Of a stretch of DNA of 49,292 nucleotides, positions 9,376 to 17,957 are shown piece after piece. Source of the DNA: a virus (lineage: Duplodnaviria > Caudoviricetes); IMG/VR virus record IMGVR_UViG_3300017766_003288, positions 1 through 49,292 of that record. One strand, written 5' to 3'. Below the pieces are notes generated by a model that did no database searches, was not told the DNA's origin, and saw only the letters and a list, made by a program, of their open reading frames with translations. How positions within the stretch are numbered: position 1 is the first letter of the stretch; each line of letters begins with the position of its first letter. The position numbers and the translations under genes are program-made.

Positions 9376-10095
9376 CTATGCGAAAAAATCAGATAATCCC
9401 TCCAAAACAACTTCATTTTCAACTTTAGTTTTTGGATTTGTAAAAGTAATAGTATGAGAAAGTTTTGGCATCGTTTCAAAGAACTTTTCAATCTCCTTAA
9501 ATTGACTTGGAGAAAGTTGATCAAGAAATTCCACTAATTCTTTTTTAGTACAATCAGAAGCAGACCAGGATTCTTCTTCAGAATAAACTTGTTCCATACA
9601 AGAAGAAACTAAATCAAATGTATCATCAACACTTACAGTACTAATGTTACTAAAATTATTTTTGATAAACTCATTTAATGATGGATATTTCATTCTGAGA
9701 GTTAAATTACTATCAAGTTTAATATCTCTACTATGTTCTTTACTTGTATGAACTTTAATATCATCCAGGTTTATTTCAATGGGAATCTTAGTTTCACCAT
9801 CATCTGGACAGGTAATCATAACTTCAACAGTTTCTCCAACAGATTTTCCACGAATATTTAAAAACAAATATTCAATATCAAATGTTGAAAGATTATCTAC
9901 CTTTACTCCTTTCGTTAAGATGCAGTTAGATATTACGGTTTTAACTGCATTTGCTATTTGCTTTGGATCCTCACTCTCCATAGCGATGATAAGAACCTTT
10001 TCTTCTTTAACTAGAAAAGGTCTATAATTAATTTTCTTTCCAGTTGATGGTATTTCCAACTCATAAGTTGGTGTAGATACTTTTGGTAATGGCAT
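9376..10095 (-). CDS. gp26: Baseplate hub assembly protein gp26
   Basis: MPLPK..TPTYELEIPSTGKKINYRPFLVKEEK, DIEYLFLNIRGKSVGE, FFETMPKL; ATG at 10095 preferred. Confidence 0.92.
   Translation of the reverse strand: MPLPKVSTPTYELEIPSTGKKINYRPFLVKEEKVLIIAMESEDPKQIANAVKTVISNCILTKGVKVDNLSTFDIEYLFLNIRGKSVGETVEVMITCPDDGETKIPIEINLDDIKVHTSKEHSRDIKLDSNLTLRMKYPSLNEFIKNNFSNISTVSVDDTFDLVSSCMEQVYSEEESWSASDCTKKELVEFLDQLSPSQFKEIEKFFETMPKLSHTITFTNPKTKVENEVVLEGLSDFFA
9382..9403 (-). other. Candidate -1 programmed ribosomal frameshift signal (GGAGG-N10-T_TTT_TTC) joining gp26 to gp51
   Basis: Minus strand GGAGG GATTATCTGA T TTT TTC GCA TAG; the -1 frame reads TTT TTT CGC ATA GGG ATG, in frame with gp51. Confidence 0.55.
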
Positions 10096-10120
10096 AATAT
10101 CCCACAAAATTCATTAAGAT

Positions 10121-10127
10121 TATTTAT
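10121..10127 (-). promoter_or_regulatory. T4-like late promoter (ATAAATA) for the gp26 operon
   Basis: ATAAATA ~25 nt upstream of the gp26 ATG. Confidence 0.65.
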
Positions 10128-10870
10128 CTTACTATCGTAGGATTAACATTTCCTGGAGTGTATTGAACACCTCTTACACCACTTTCATTACCTAAAGATT
10201 GACCAGTTCTGTAAATTACTGGTGGTTGTGATGGTGGTTTGGTAACGTTATTAAAATTAATTCCTCTAATGAAATCAAGATTTGTGACTGGTCCACAAAC
10301 ATAACGATCAAAATTAAATGTGGCAGATGCCTTTAATATACCTGATGAATCATACGAAACACTCACATTATTCATAGCAACTGGAAACATTCCAAAAAAT
10401 GTATATTCTATTTCTGCCTTATAATCTCTATTAAATTTTATAATTCTTGTACGATTAGTTTTATATTCCGATGGATATCTCATTCTGAAGAAATATCCAT
10501 CTCTTCCAGGATTAACTTGGGAAGCACCTGATATAAATTCACACCAGTGTTCTAAGAATTTAATTACACGATAATCTGCATCAACATAAAATTCTAAATC
10601 AATCTGAGTGAATTGACGGGTATGTGCCATTTTTTCAACAACACCCGTAAAGTTCCCTACAATATCTGCTGTTGCAAATGAACTACCAGGTAAAGATGCC
10701 GAAGAGCACAAAAGACCAACGTTTTCCGTAATAAAAAACGGATCAACTCCCCTATCCAATAAATATCTTCTCACAGGATAAGGAGCATCCATTATAACTT
10801 GATAATGAGATGTTTGTGCTAAGTTTGTGAGAGTTTTCTTAAACGCTGATATAGGGCGACGTATAGGCAC
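10124..10870 (-). CDS. Tail tube initiator / tail-tube-fold protein (gp54/gp19-like)
   Basis: LAQTSHYQV...LLCSSASLPG...TQIDLEFYVD...FPVAMNNVSVSYD...ATFNF tube-fold pattern; synteny between gp26 and gp4. Confidence 0.7.
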   Translation of the reverse strand: MPIRRPISAFKKTLTNLAQTSHYQVIMDAPYPVRRYLLDRGVDPFFITENVGLLCSSASLPGSSFATADIVGNFTGVVEKMAHTRQFTQIDLEFYVDADYRVIKFLEHWCEFISGASQVNPGRDGYFFRMRYPSEYKTNRTRIIKFNRDYKAEIEYTFFGMFPVAMNNVSVSYDSSGILKASATFNFDRYVCGPVTNLDFIRGINFNNVTKPPSQPPVIYRTGQSLGNESGVRGVQYTPGNVNPTIVR

Positions 10871-10913
10871 TCTAAATACCTTTATTAAGTTTTTTATTAT
10901 GTAGTTATTTAGA
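10871..10913. promoter_or_regulatory. Pair of face-to-face late promoters (CTAAATA + at 10872-10878; CTAAATA - at 10906-10912)
   Basis: Inverted TCTAAATA/TATTTAGA at the ends of a 42-bp divergent intergenic gap between structural genes. Confidence 0.65.
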
Positions 10914-11353
10914 TGTCATACAAAGGAAAATACAAACTCAAAAATCCCCAAAAATATAAAGGAGACCCTACAAATGTAGTTTGGAGGTCCCTATGGGAAA
11001 GAAAATATATGAAATACTTAGATTCTAATGAACATATTTTAGAATGGTCAAGTGAAGAAATCTTTATTTGGTATAAGTCACCTATTGACAATCGTCCTCA
11101 TAGATATTTTCCAGATTTTTATGTAAAGGAACAAATGTCAAATGGTTCTATTCAAAAATATCTTGTTGAAATTAAACCTAAAAAACAACTAAAACCTCCA
11201 AAAGAACCACAAAGGAGAACAAAAGGATATTTAAGTGAAGTAATGGAATATGCAAAGAATCAATCTAAGTGGCAATATGCCAGAGAATGGTGTGAAGATA
11301 GGCAGTATGGATTTAAAATTTTAACCGAAGATGATCTTAATATAAGGTCTTAA
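10913..11353 (+). CDS. gp4: Head completion nuclease gp4
   Basis: YKGKY..KNPQKYKGDPTNVVWRSLWER, HRYFPDF, VEIKP, NQSKW, FKILTEDDL. Confidence 0.92.
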   Translation: MSYKGKYKLKNPQKYKGDPTNVVWRSLWERKYMKYLDSNEHILEWSSEEIFIWYKSPIDNRPHRYFPDFYVKEQMSNGSIQKYLVEIKPKKQLKPPKEPQRRTKGYLSEVMEYAKNQSKWQYAREWCEDRQYGFKILTEDDLNIRS

Positions 11354-11354
11354 G

Positions 11355-11753
11355 ATGCCAAGAAAAACTATCAAGCAAAGACAAAAAAGTCAAGTATCAG
11401 ATACTAATAGTAATAGAATCCGTCCTCTTCTAAGACAATTAATCGGATTAGAAGATCCTGATGATTTTATGTTAAAAATATTAGAAGTTCTCTCAGAAAC
11501 AGAAATTGTACCTAATACTGGAGAATATTATGTTTTCATATATAATCCAAAATCATCAAATATAACTTATGATGCCCATCCTTTTGTTGCAGTAACTGAT
11601 ATTTTTAAATGGGGATTTAGGGGAATTAATTTTCATTGGGGAGAACCAAGACAATATAGTTGGCAAGAAATTGTGGGTTCATTGCATAGAGTTTATCCAG
11701 AAGAAGTTAAAGATTTACAAACTATACCTTTTGCAAAATTTAAAAATAAATAG
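11355..11753 (+). CDS. gp2: DNA end protector gp2-like protein
   Basis: GEYYVFIYNPK....YDAHPFV......GFRGINFH motif; adjacent to gp4. Confidence 0.7.
   Translation: MPRKTIKQRQKSQVSDTNSNRIRPLLRQLIGLEDPDDFMLKILEVLSETEIVPNTGEYYVFIYNPKSSNITYDAHPFVAVTDIFKWGFRGINFHWGEPRQYSWQEIVGSLHRVYPEEVKDLQTIPFAKFKNK
11746..11752 (+). promoter_or_regulatory. T4-like late promoter (ATAAATA) for gp48-gp53
   Basis: ATAAATA 14 nt upstream of the gp48 ATG. Confidence 0.6.
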
Positions 11754-11766
11754 TTAAAAAAAATAT

Positions 11767-12843
11767 ATGGCTGATCCAATCTCTGGATTTACACTAGCAC
11801 AAAATAATATAGATCTGAGTACAACTAGTCCAAATAGTACAATATCATATGATAATGTTTCTAATATTAGACCATTATCAGATTATGTTAATGGAAATGC
11901 CAGTGTTACCAATCAACAAACTCCACAGTCGCAAAGTGCAACAAGTGGAGTTCCATTAAGATATCCAAACGCTCAGTTAGAAGGAAATTCGGATTGGCTT
12001 GAGATAAAAATCGTACAATATAAAGCACCAGGATTTAATGCTGCTCCAGGAACCTTTAAATTTGCAACTGGAACTTCAACAATTAGAAATAAAGAATCTG
12101 GATCTCTTAAAAATCCAATTGCATATATTCATTTACCAATTCCTAAACAACTTTCTGATGGAAATTCTGTTGATTGGGGGGGTCCAGACAGACTCAATCC
12201 TTTAGCAGGTATGGGTGCTGCAGCAGTAGAAGGTCTAATTAAAAATCCAAAGGATATTGGATCTATATTACAAAACACCTTAACAACTGGAGTGGGTGCC
12301 ATTCAAACTGGAGATGGTCAAAAAGCTACAATAGCTGCGGTTGTAAGTAAAATAGTCAGTAGTGCTGGTGGAAACGTAAGTTTTCAAAGTGCTCTTTCCA
12401 GATCAACAGGAGCAGTAATAAATCCTAATTTAGAATTACTATTTAATAGTGTAAATCTAAGAGAATTTAATTTTACATTTGATTTTGCACCTAGAGATGC
12501 ATTTGAGGGACAAGTTGTAAAGCAAATTATTAAAACAATTAAAAGATCGATGTCTGCAAAAACAAATGTATTTGGAGGACCTGGATCTGGTTTGGTAATA
12601 AGCGCACCAGATGTATTTGAGATTAAATATAAAAGTGGCAATGCAGATCACCCATTTCTAAATGCATTTAAAACTTGTGCTTTATTAGATATGAGATTGG
12701 ATTATACTGCATCTGGAAATTATTCTTCTTATTCCGATGGAACACCAGTTCACACATCAATGTTATTAACTTTCAAAGAACTTAATCCAATCTATGCAGA
12801 AGATTATGATGAACAAGATGCAGGACCAGGAGTAGGATACTAA
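11767..12843 (+). CDS. gp48: Baseplate tail tube cap gp48
   Basis: LRYP, IHLPIP...SDGNSVDW, INPNLELLF....LREFNFTFDFAPR...E, LTFKELNPIY. Confidence 0.88.
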   Translation: MADPISGFTLAQNNIDLSTTSPNSTISYDNVSNIRPLSDYVNGNASVTNQQTPQSQSATSGVPLRYPNAQLEGNSDWLEIKIVQYKAPGFNAAPGTFKFATGTSTIRNKESGSLKNPIAYIHLPIPKQLSDGNSVDWGGPDRLNPLAGMGAAAVEGLIKNPKDIGSILQNTLTTGVGAIQTGDGQKATIAAVVSKIVSSAGGNVSFQSALSRSTGAVINPNLELLFNSVNLREFNFTFDFAPRDAFEGQVVKQIIKTIKRSMSAKTNVFGGPGSGLVISAPDVFEIKYKSGNADHPFLNAFKTCALLDMRLDYTASGNYSSYSDGTPVHTSMLLTFKELNPIYAEDYDEQDAGPGVGY

Positions 12844-12844
12844 G

Positions 12845-13495
12845 ATGAGTTACTTCAGAGAACTTCCAGATATTGATTATCAATCTCAATTATCATCTAA
12901 AAATTCTTCACTTAATTATGTGAGAGTTAAAAACTTATTCCGTAGAGTAAAACTACGTGATGATTTACAAAATGTTTTTACTCTCTTTAATAAGTATCAA
13001 ATTAGTGAAGGAGAAAGACCAGATACGGTTGCCGAAAGAATATACGGATCATCAGATTTAGATTGGGTTGTTTTACTTTCGGCAAATATTATAAATGTTA
13101 GAAATGAATGGCCTCTATCTAATAGAGATCTATACAGATTTGTTGAAGAAAAATATGGTCTTGATAGGATGTATGAAATTAAATATTATCAGACTACTGA
13201 GGTTAAAAACAATAATGGAAATTTAATTTTACCAGCAGGAAAAGTAGTTGATTCTGATTTTACTATACCAAATCCAGATAATCCATATATAACTTTAAAT
13301 CCTGTTGTTGGTGTTTCTAATTATGATTATGAGATTGATAAGAACAATCAAAAAAGATCAATTTATATTCTAAAACCACAATATCTACAACAGTATCTGA
13401 ATGATATTAGATCTATAATGTATTATGAAAAATCTTCACAATACATTAATACCAAACTGATTAAAACTGAAAATACTTTAAATACTTCACCATAA
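12845..13495 (+). CDS. gp53: Baseplate wedge protein gp53
   Basis: MSYFRELPDIDY, KNLFRR, GERPDTVAERIYG...LDWVVLL.ANIIN...EWP. Confidence 0.9.
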   Translation: MSYFRELPDIDYQSQLSSKNSSLNYVRVKNLFRRVKLRDDLQNVFTLFNKYQISEGERPDTVAERIYGSSDLDWVVLLSANIINVRNEWPLSNRDLYRFVEEKYGLDRMYEIKYYQTTEVKNNNGNLILPAGKVVDSDFTIPNPDNPYITLNPVVGVSNYDYEIDKNNQKRSIYILKPQYLQQYLNDIRSIMYYEKSSQYINTKLIKTENTLNTSP

Positions 13496-14074
13496 GACTT
13501 TCAGATTCTTATCAAATACCATCATAAAACGGTGCTTGCGGGAGCGTTCTTTCCATTCTCCTTCGGCACCTTTTATTTTTCCTCGTGAATGCTTGGTGCC
13601 ATCTGCAAAATAGAAATCTTTTTTTGCATCTGTAAGACCATAATACTTAAAGTTACAAGCCCGATAAATTGTGCCGTTGTGAAAATCACTATCAGCGTAG
13701 GAAATAATTGCCTTGACCTCTGTATCTTTTCGTAGTTGTCTAATCGCTTTTGAAACAAACCAAGAAGTGATATTATGCTCGCTCTGTTGAGTTTGCGGAT
13801 GAATGCAGAGTCTTGAGAGTTCAAAGAGTCCTTGTTGCTCATTTCGTTCAAGTCCAAAAGCGCCTTTTGCAATTTCTGGAACAGGCAGTCCTGTAAAGAT
13901 ACAGACCCCTTTTAGTCCACCAATATTTAGAGGTGAGAACTCATTTCCTTGGAACAATCCGTAATTATATCCAGACTTAAATCCTTTGGATAAATCTTTT
14001 AAATAGTGATATTGAAGTAAGAGTTCTTCTGCCTGCTTTTTAGAAATCTTATCAATATAAAATTCAGATTTCAT
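13487..14074 (-). CDS. Mom-like GNAT-fold DNA (adenine) modification protein
   Basis: YHYL, FELSRLC, SWFVSKAIRQL, IISYAD..FHNGTIYRACNFKYYG typical of the Mu Mom family. Confidence 0.75.
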   Translation of the reverse strand: MKSEFYIDKISKKQAEELLLQYHYLKDLSKGFKSGYNYGLFQGNEFSPLNIGGLKGVCIFTGLPVPEIAKGAFGLERNEQQGLFELSRLCIHPQTQQSEHNITSWFVSKAIRQLRKDTEVKAIISYADSDFHNGTIYRACNFKYYGLTDAKKDFYFADGTKHSRGKIKGAEGEWKERSRKHRFMMVFDKNLKVLW

Positions 14075-14103
14075 AAAAAAAGGGGGAGAACCAACTCCCC
14101 CCC
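14075..14103 (-). terminator. Rho-independent terminator after gp32
   Basis: Minus strand GGGGGAG-TTGGTT-CTCCCCC-TTTTTTT. Confidence 0.85.
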
Positions 14104-14132
14104 ATTATAGCACCTAATCAGTCTTCTGCCAA
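14104..14132 (-). promoter_or_regulatory. Sigma70-type promoter for the Mom-like gene
   Basis: TTGGCA-N17-TATAAT with extended TGn. Confidence 0.7.
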
Positions 14133-15032
14133 CTTAGCGAAGTAGGAAAGGGCATCGTCATCGTCATCCTCTACGGGTGCAGGGCGACGGGTGGGTTTGA
14201 GATTACTGAGTTCATTGCGAAGATCAGTATCAAGTTCCCTTACAGAACCACGAGAATCATCCTCATCATCAACTTCTTCATCAATGCGAGAATTCTTAGC
14301 ACCTAGAACAGAACTGAGACGCTTCTTGAGTTCTTCATAAGTCTTAAACTCTGCAGGACTCAGGAAATCAGAGAGAGAATACTGCTTCTTCCAGATTGCT
14401 TCCATAGCATCATCATCATCCAGAAGAGCACTAGCAGCAGCAAACTCAGAAGAATCGTAGTTACGATAACCAGCGACATTCTTTGCCTTCAGTTTGAAGT
14501 TTGCACCTCCCCAGAAGTCGAAGGGATCAATGGGAGACTCATCCTCAAATTCGGGTTGCATCGCCTCTGAAATTTTATCAAAGATTTTCTTTCCGTATTT
14601 GAAAAGAAACACTTTGCCTTCGTTTTCAGGGTTTGCAGGATCTTTGACGACATAGATGTTACTCATATAAGTCAGTTTACGCTTCTGCTTACGTGCAACT
14701 TCTTTGCCAGCATCAGTTCCATTATTCCAAAGACCAGAGTTGTGCTCACATACTGGGCACTTTTGGTTCAGGGAAGTCAGGCAATTATCGATCAACCATC
14801 CACCAGGTCCCTGGAAGGCGTGGGAGTAAACTTTGATGAAAGGAAGATCTTCGCCTTCTGGTGCGGGAAGGAATCGAATAACTGCGTAACCATTACCAGA
14901 TTTGTCGCAATCAAGTTTCCACAAACGGTCATCACTAGAACCGTTACTAGTATTCATTTTTTCGACTTCTTTCACCAGTTTTTCGGTGAGAGAACCCAGT
15001 TTGGATTGTTTCTTAAGATCTGCGAAAGACAT
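14118..15032 (-). CDS. gp32: Single-stranded DNA-binding protein gp32
   Basis: MSFADLKK, GNGYAVIRFLP, HAFQGPGGW, CPVC, YGKKIFDKI, NYDSSEF, acidic tail ending YFAKLAED. Confidence 0.97.
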   Translation of the reverse strand: MSFADLKKQSKLGSLTEKLVKEVEKMNTSNGSSDDRLWKLDCDKSGNGYAVIRFLPAPEGEDLPFIKVYSHAFQGPGGWLIDNCLTSLNQKCPVCEHNSGLWNNGTDAGKEVARKQKRKLTYMSNIYVVKDPANPENEGKVFLFKYGKKIFDKISEAMQPEFEDESPIDPFDFWGGANFKLKAKNVAGYRNYDSSEFAAASALLDDDDAMEAIWKKQYSLSDFLSPAEFKTYEELKKRLSSVLGAKNSRIDEEVDDEDDSRGSVRELDTDLRNELSNLKPTRRPAPVEDDDDDALSYFAKLAED

Positions 15033-15033
15033 T

Positions 15034-15064
15034 AGATACCTCGGATACGTTGGATACGTTGGAT
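15034..15064 (-). repeat. 9-bp tandem repeats in the gp32 leader (ATCCAACGT x2, ATCCGAGGT)
   Basis: Minus strand ATCCAACGT ATCCAACGT ATCCGAGGT ATCTAATG; the third copy carries GAGG. Confidence 0.75.
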
Positions 15065-15074
15065 TTACTTAGAT

Positions 15075-15103
15075 ATTATAGCAAGGATGCCTCGGTCAGT
15101 CAA
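15075..15103 (-). promoter_or_regulatory. Sigma70-type early promoter of gp32
   Basis: TTGACT-N17-TATAAT with extended TGn. Confidence 0.85.
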
Positions 15104-15425
15104 GGTACTTCTTGAGGGATTCAATCGTTTTGGTCATACTGTTAAACAGAACCGTCATATCAGTCTCGGGAGAGAATCCCATCAAAGCAACAGATTTTCT
15201 CAGATTTTCCTTCATCTCGATTGCCTCGGGATCATCGGAAAGAGATAGTCTCGTATACATAATCTTCTGTTTCTCAAGAAGTTCTGTTAATTTTTCAATA
15301 TGCTCCAATTTACCTTCACGATTCATTAAACCAAAAGATAAAATACTTTTGTAAATGAATTCTTGAAGTTCATTAATTTCACGTAATTCTTGTTGAATTA
15401 ATTCAGAATCAAAAAATTTACTCAT
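15096..15425 (-). CDS. DUF1825-like conserved cyanophage protein
   Basis: FFDSELIQQE...QKIMYTRLSLSDDPEA.EMKE; usual position between gp59 and gp32. Confidence 0.75.
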   Translation of the reverse strand: MSKFFDSELIQQELREINELQEFIYKSILSFGLMNREGKLEHIEKLTELLEKQKIMYTRLSLSDDPEAIEMKENLRKSVALMGFSPETDMTVLFNSMTKTIESLKKYLD

Positions 15426-16008
15426 ATAAAATATCTCTTAAGATTTTTTTGTATTGGAACATATTGATATTTAGAAAGGGATCATACTTTTTGATTTTTA
15501 AACTTATGGTTTCCCACACAGGATCCAAAAGTTTTTTATCAAAATTTTCTGAGAAACGAAATATTTTGTCGTAGATTACGAATGTTTCTAATGATAATCT
15601 CCCGCTTAGAAGTCTTTTGAAGACTGGAGGGTGTCCTTTGGAACAATTCAGTGCATCGTCTAATTTGATCTCCGAGAACAATTCTGTTGATTGCTCCCTG
15701 AACAAGTAACTCAAACTCTGTTGCCTTCTCATCCAATCGGCGTAAGTTCTTTCGCCAGAATTGATAATTTCTCCAATCCATAAGTTTTGTGGGTTATCTA
15801 CTGATACAAAATTAGATAATAAAAAATCTACAATTTCTTTGTCTGAATATTTTCTAGATGTTTTTTCAAACCAGTATTTGTCTTTACGTTTATTAAATGT
15901 TGCAACTGTTGCTTTTGATTTGCCTCCATACTTAAAAAAGTCATATTTACGATTTGTAAAATGACTTTTCATTGAAAGATAAGTTTGATATGTCTCAAAA
16001 GGACTCAT
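15418..16008 (-). CDS. gp59: Helicase loader gp59
   Basis: Y..YLSMKSHF....YDFFKYGGK, F.KRKDKYWFEK, SLETF, KIKKY.PFL. Confidence 0.9.
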   Translation of the reverse strand: MSPFETYQTYLSMKSHFTNRKYDFFKYGGKSKATVATFNKRKDKYWFEKTSRKYSDKEIVDFLLSNFVSVDNPQNLWIGEIINSGERTYADWMRRQQSLSYLFREQSTELFSEIKLDDALNCSKGHPPVFKRLLSGRLSLETFVIYDKIFRFSENFDKKLLDPVWETISLKIKKYDPFLNINMFQYKKILRDILYE

Positions 16009-16265
16009 AGTGGAAGTTTTGCTCTAGAAGTTTTTTTCATAAAGTTGAGACGAATAGCGTCCCATTTAAGTCTTTCTTTAAGAGGTTTTGAAATAAGTTT
16101 TGTTACTGATTCTACGTCAATATTGTTAATTTCACAATAATGACAAATAGCATCAATGTAGTTTACTTTTTCAATAGCGACTATATTTTCAATTTCTAAA
16201 GCAAATTTAGATGGTGTTAAAAACTTGTCTTCTATTGCCTGTTCTAGTTCTTTATTTGTTTCCAT
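16005..16265 (-). CDS. gp33: Late transcription coactivator gp33
   Basis: KFALEIE......NYIDAI.HYCE.NNID.ESV.KLISKPLKERLK.DA..LNFMKK; ATG at 16265 preferred. Confidence 0.9.
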   Translation of the reverse strand: METNKELEQAIEDKFLTPSKFALEIENIVAIEKVNYIDAICHYCEINNIDVESVTKLISKPLKERLKWDAIRLNFMKKTSRAKLPL

Positions 16266-16932
16266 ACAATTCCAGTTTATCTCTAACAAACTCTCTAATG
16301 TATTGGGTGAGTAGTTTGATGTATTTTGATTTGTCTCTTTCTTCATAAATGACGCATTCTCCATTTTCGCAAGACATGATGATTACAAGTTTTTTAACAG
16401 GAATACCTGTAAGTTCATAAAACATACAAGCATAAGCAGCACATTGAACAAAATAATGTTCAATCCACTCCCGTGGTTTTGGTTTTTTAGATGTTTTGAA
16501 ATCGATTATCGCTAATTCGCCATCAAACTCGGCAATACAATCTACAGTTCCCGCTACTCCAAGTACTTTGCTGTATAGGGAACCTTCAAGAGCATAAACA
16601 TTATTTATACGATTTAAATCTTTCTTCGCAATTTTAAATAAAAATTGAGATAAAGGTTGAACTTCTGGAAGATCTTCATTCTTTAAATGATGTTCAACTA
16701 GAGTGTGCATATCAGTTCCACGGCTAGTTGCCTGCCGTGTAATTTTATCTGCTTCTTCTTCTCCAATTTTTTTACGCCAGTTTGCAAAAAACTGGCGATT
16801 TTTGTGACTAGTAACAGAAGTAATTGAAACTAACTTTAAAAGTTGTTCTAGATCTGGAACTTTATAATATCGAACACCATCTATAGTTTCTCGCTCAAGT
16901 TGAGGGAGATTCACATCAATATGATTGAACAT
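16252..16932 (-). CDS. PD-(D/E)XK exonuclease (T4-like cyanophage exonuclease A)
   Basis: SITSV, RGTDMH, AGTVDCIAEFDGELAIIDFKTS, Q..AY. Confidence 0.88.
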   Translation of the reverse strand: MFNHIDVNLPQLERETIDGVRYYKVPDLEQLLKLVSITSVTSHKNRQFFANWRKKIGEEEADKITRQATSRGTDMHTLVEHHLKNEDLPEVQPLSQFLFKIAKKDLNRINNVYALEGSLYSKVLGVAGTVDCIAEFDGELAIIDFKTSKKPKPREWIEHYFVQCAAYACMFYELTGIPVKKLVIIMSCENGECVIYEERDKSKYIKLLTQYIREFVRDKLELYGNK

Positions 16933-17687
16933 TAAAATCCTGCTTCCATTTTTGCTAAGATATATTCTTTGACAAGACCAGACCGAACGATATCATCAAC
17001 TCCAAACTCAATTATATCAAAAGATGGCATTTTACGCAAGATGGACATAAAGTCTATAATACCATTTCTTTCATTTGTTTTTACAAGATCTGTTTGAGTG
17101 GCGTCACCACAGAAACAAATTTTAGTATTCTCACCAACTCGGGTAATAATTGAATCAAGTTCGTGGAAATTGAGGTTCTGAAATTCATCAACAATCACGA
17201 TTGCATTATCAAGAGTTGTTCCACGGAGGAATGAAGTACTCCAGAATTTGACTGTTTCTTGTGCTTTCAGATTTCCATAAAGCATTTCAAACTCGGAATC
17301 TGAAGACATTTGGAACATATATTTAACCATATTCTTATATGGAATTTGGTAAATATCAGATTTATCATCGTGTGTTCCAGGAAGAAAACCAATTTCCCTT
17401 GTAGCAACCAAAGACCTTACAATATAAACTCTTTCGTAAGGACTTTTTTCATCCAAAACATCACATAAAGCATTATAGAGTGTAATAAAAGTCTTTCCAG
17501 TTCCAGCGCATCCATAAGCAACAATATGCTTATTTGAAGCATAGGAATTAAAAAGAATTTTTTGATTCTCTGTAAGAGGTTCAATATCAACCAGATAATC
17601 GCTACTTAAAGGTTTTCTACGCTTCATTTGACGGGTTGTTAAACCAACCCCGATTGGTTGGTCATTCGTCCTTCTTTTTCTTGCCAT
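16932..17687 (-). CDS. phoH: PhoH family ATPase
   Basis: GCAGTGKT Walker A, EIGFLPG, FLRGTTL, DEFQN, GDATQ.DL, DIVRSGLV; ATG at 17687. Confidence 0.96.
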   Translation of the reverse strand: MARKRRTNDQPIGVGLTTRQMKRRKPLSSDYLVDIEPLTENQKILFNSYASNKHIVAYGCAGTGKTFITLYNALCDVLDEKSPYERVYIVRSLVATREIGFLPGTHDDKSDIYQIPYKNMVKYMFQMSSDSEFEMLYGNLKAQETVKFWSTSFLRGTTLDNAIVIVDEFQNLNFHELDSIITRVGENTKICFCGDATQTDLVKTNERNGIIDFMSILRKMPSFDIIEFGVDDIVRSGLVKEYILAKMEAGF

Positions 17688-17688
17688 A

Positions 17689-17931
17689 CTAGATTTTCTT
17701 AACGTTTGAACCAGGCATTTTGGCAGCACGACCTAAAACATCGTTCCACCCAGGATTTTTAGAGATTAGTTTATTTTTCCAATCTCCCACTTCACCAGGT
17801 GAAGCACATCCTTCAGACCAATCCCTCTGCCATTCGGGATTGTCCTTGTACCATTGTTGAATATCATGAACACTCATTTCAACAACTCTTTTTTCACCAG
17901 TTTCCTTGTGAATAATTGGATAAATTGCCAT
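17689..17931 (-). CDS. Conserved cyanophage hypothetical protein
   Basis: MAIYP....TGE...WYKDNPEW.RDW...PGWNDVL; fills the thyX-phoH gap; CTAAATA at 17955-17961 upstream. Confidence 0.75.
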   Translation of the reverse strand: MAIYPIIHKETGEKRVVEMSVHDIQQWYKDNPEWQRDWSEGCASPGEVGDWKNKLISKNPGWNDVLGRAAKMPGSNVKKI

Positions 17932-17957
17932 AAAGTTACAATATCAAGATAATTTAT

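Noticed and set aside
9336-9524. 62-aa ORF as gp51
   Set aside because: Wrong frame; gp51 motifs are in 9200-9373
10913-11353. TnsA-like transposase
   Set aside because: Shares the fold with gp4, but motifs and synteny fit head completion; no transposon ends
16266-16364. Longer N-terminal extensions in the ORF track (gp33; also phoH 17729 and gp26 10107)
   Set aside because: They overlap upstream genes or use weak starts; downstream ATGs match family N-termini
16252-16932. Cas4-like nuclease or CRISPR association
   Set aside because: No repeat-spacer array or other cas genes; this is the usual core exonuclease next to phoH
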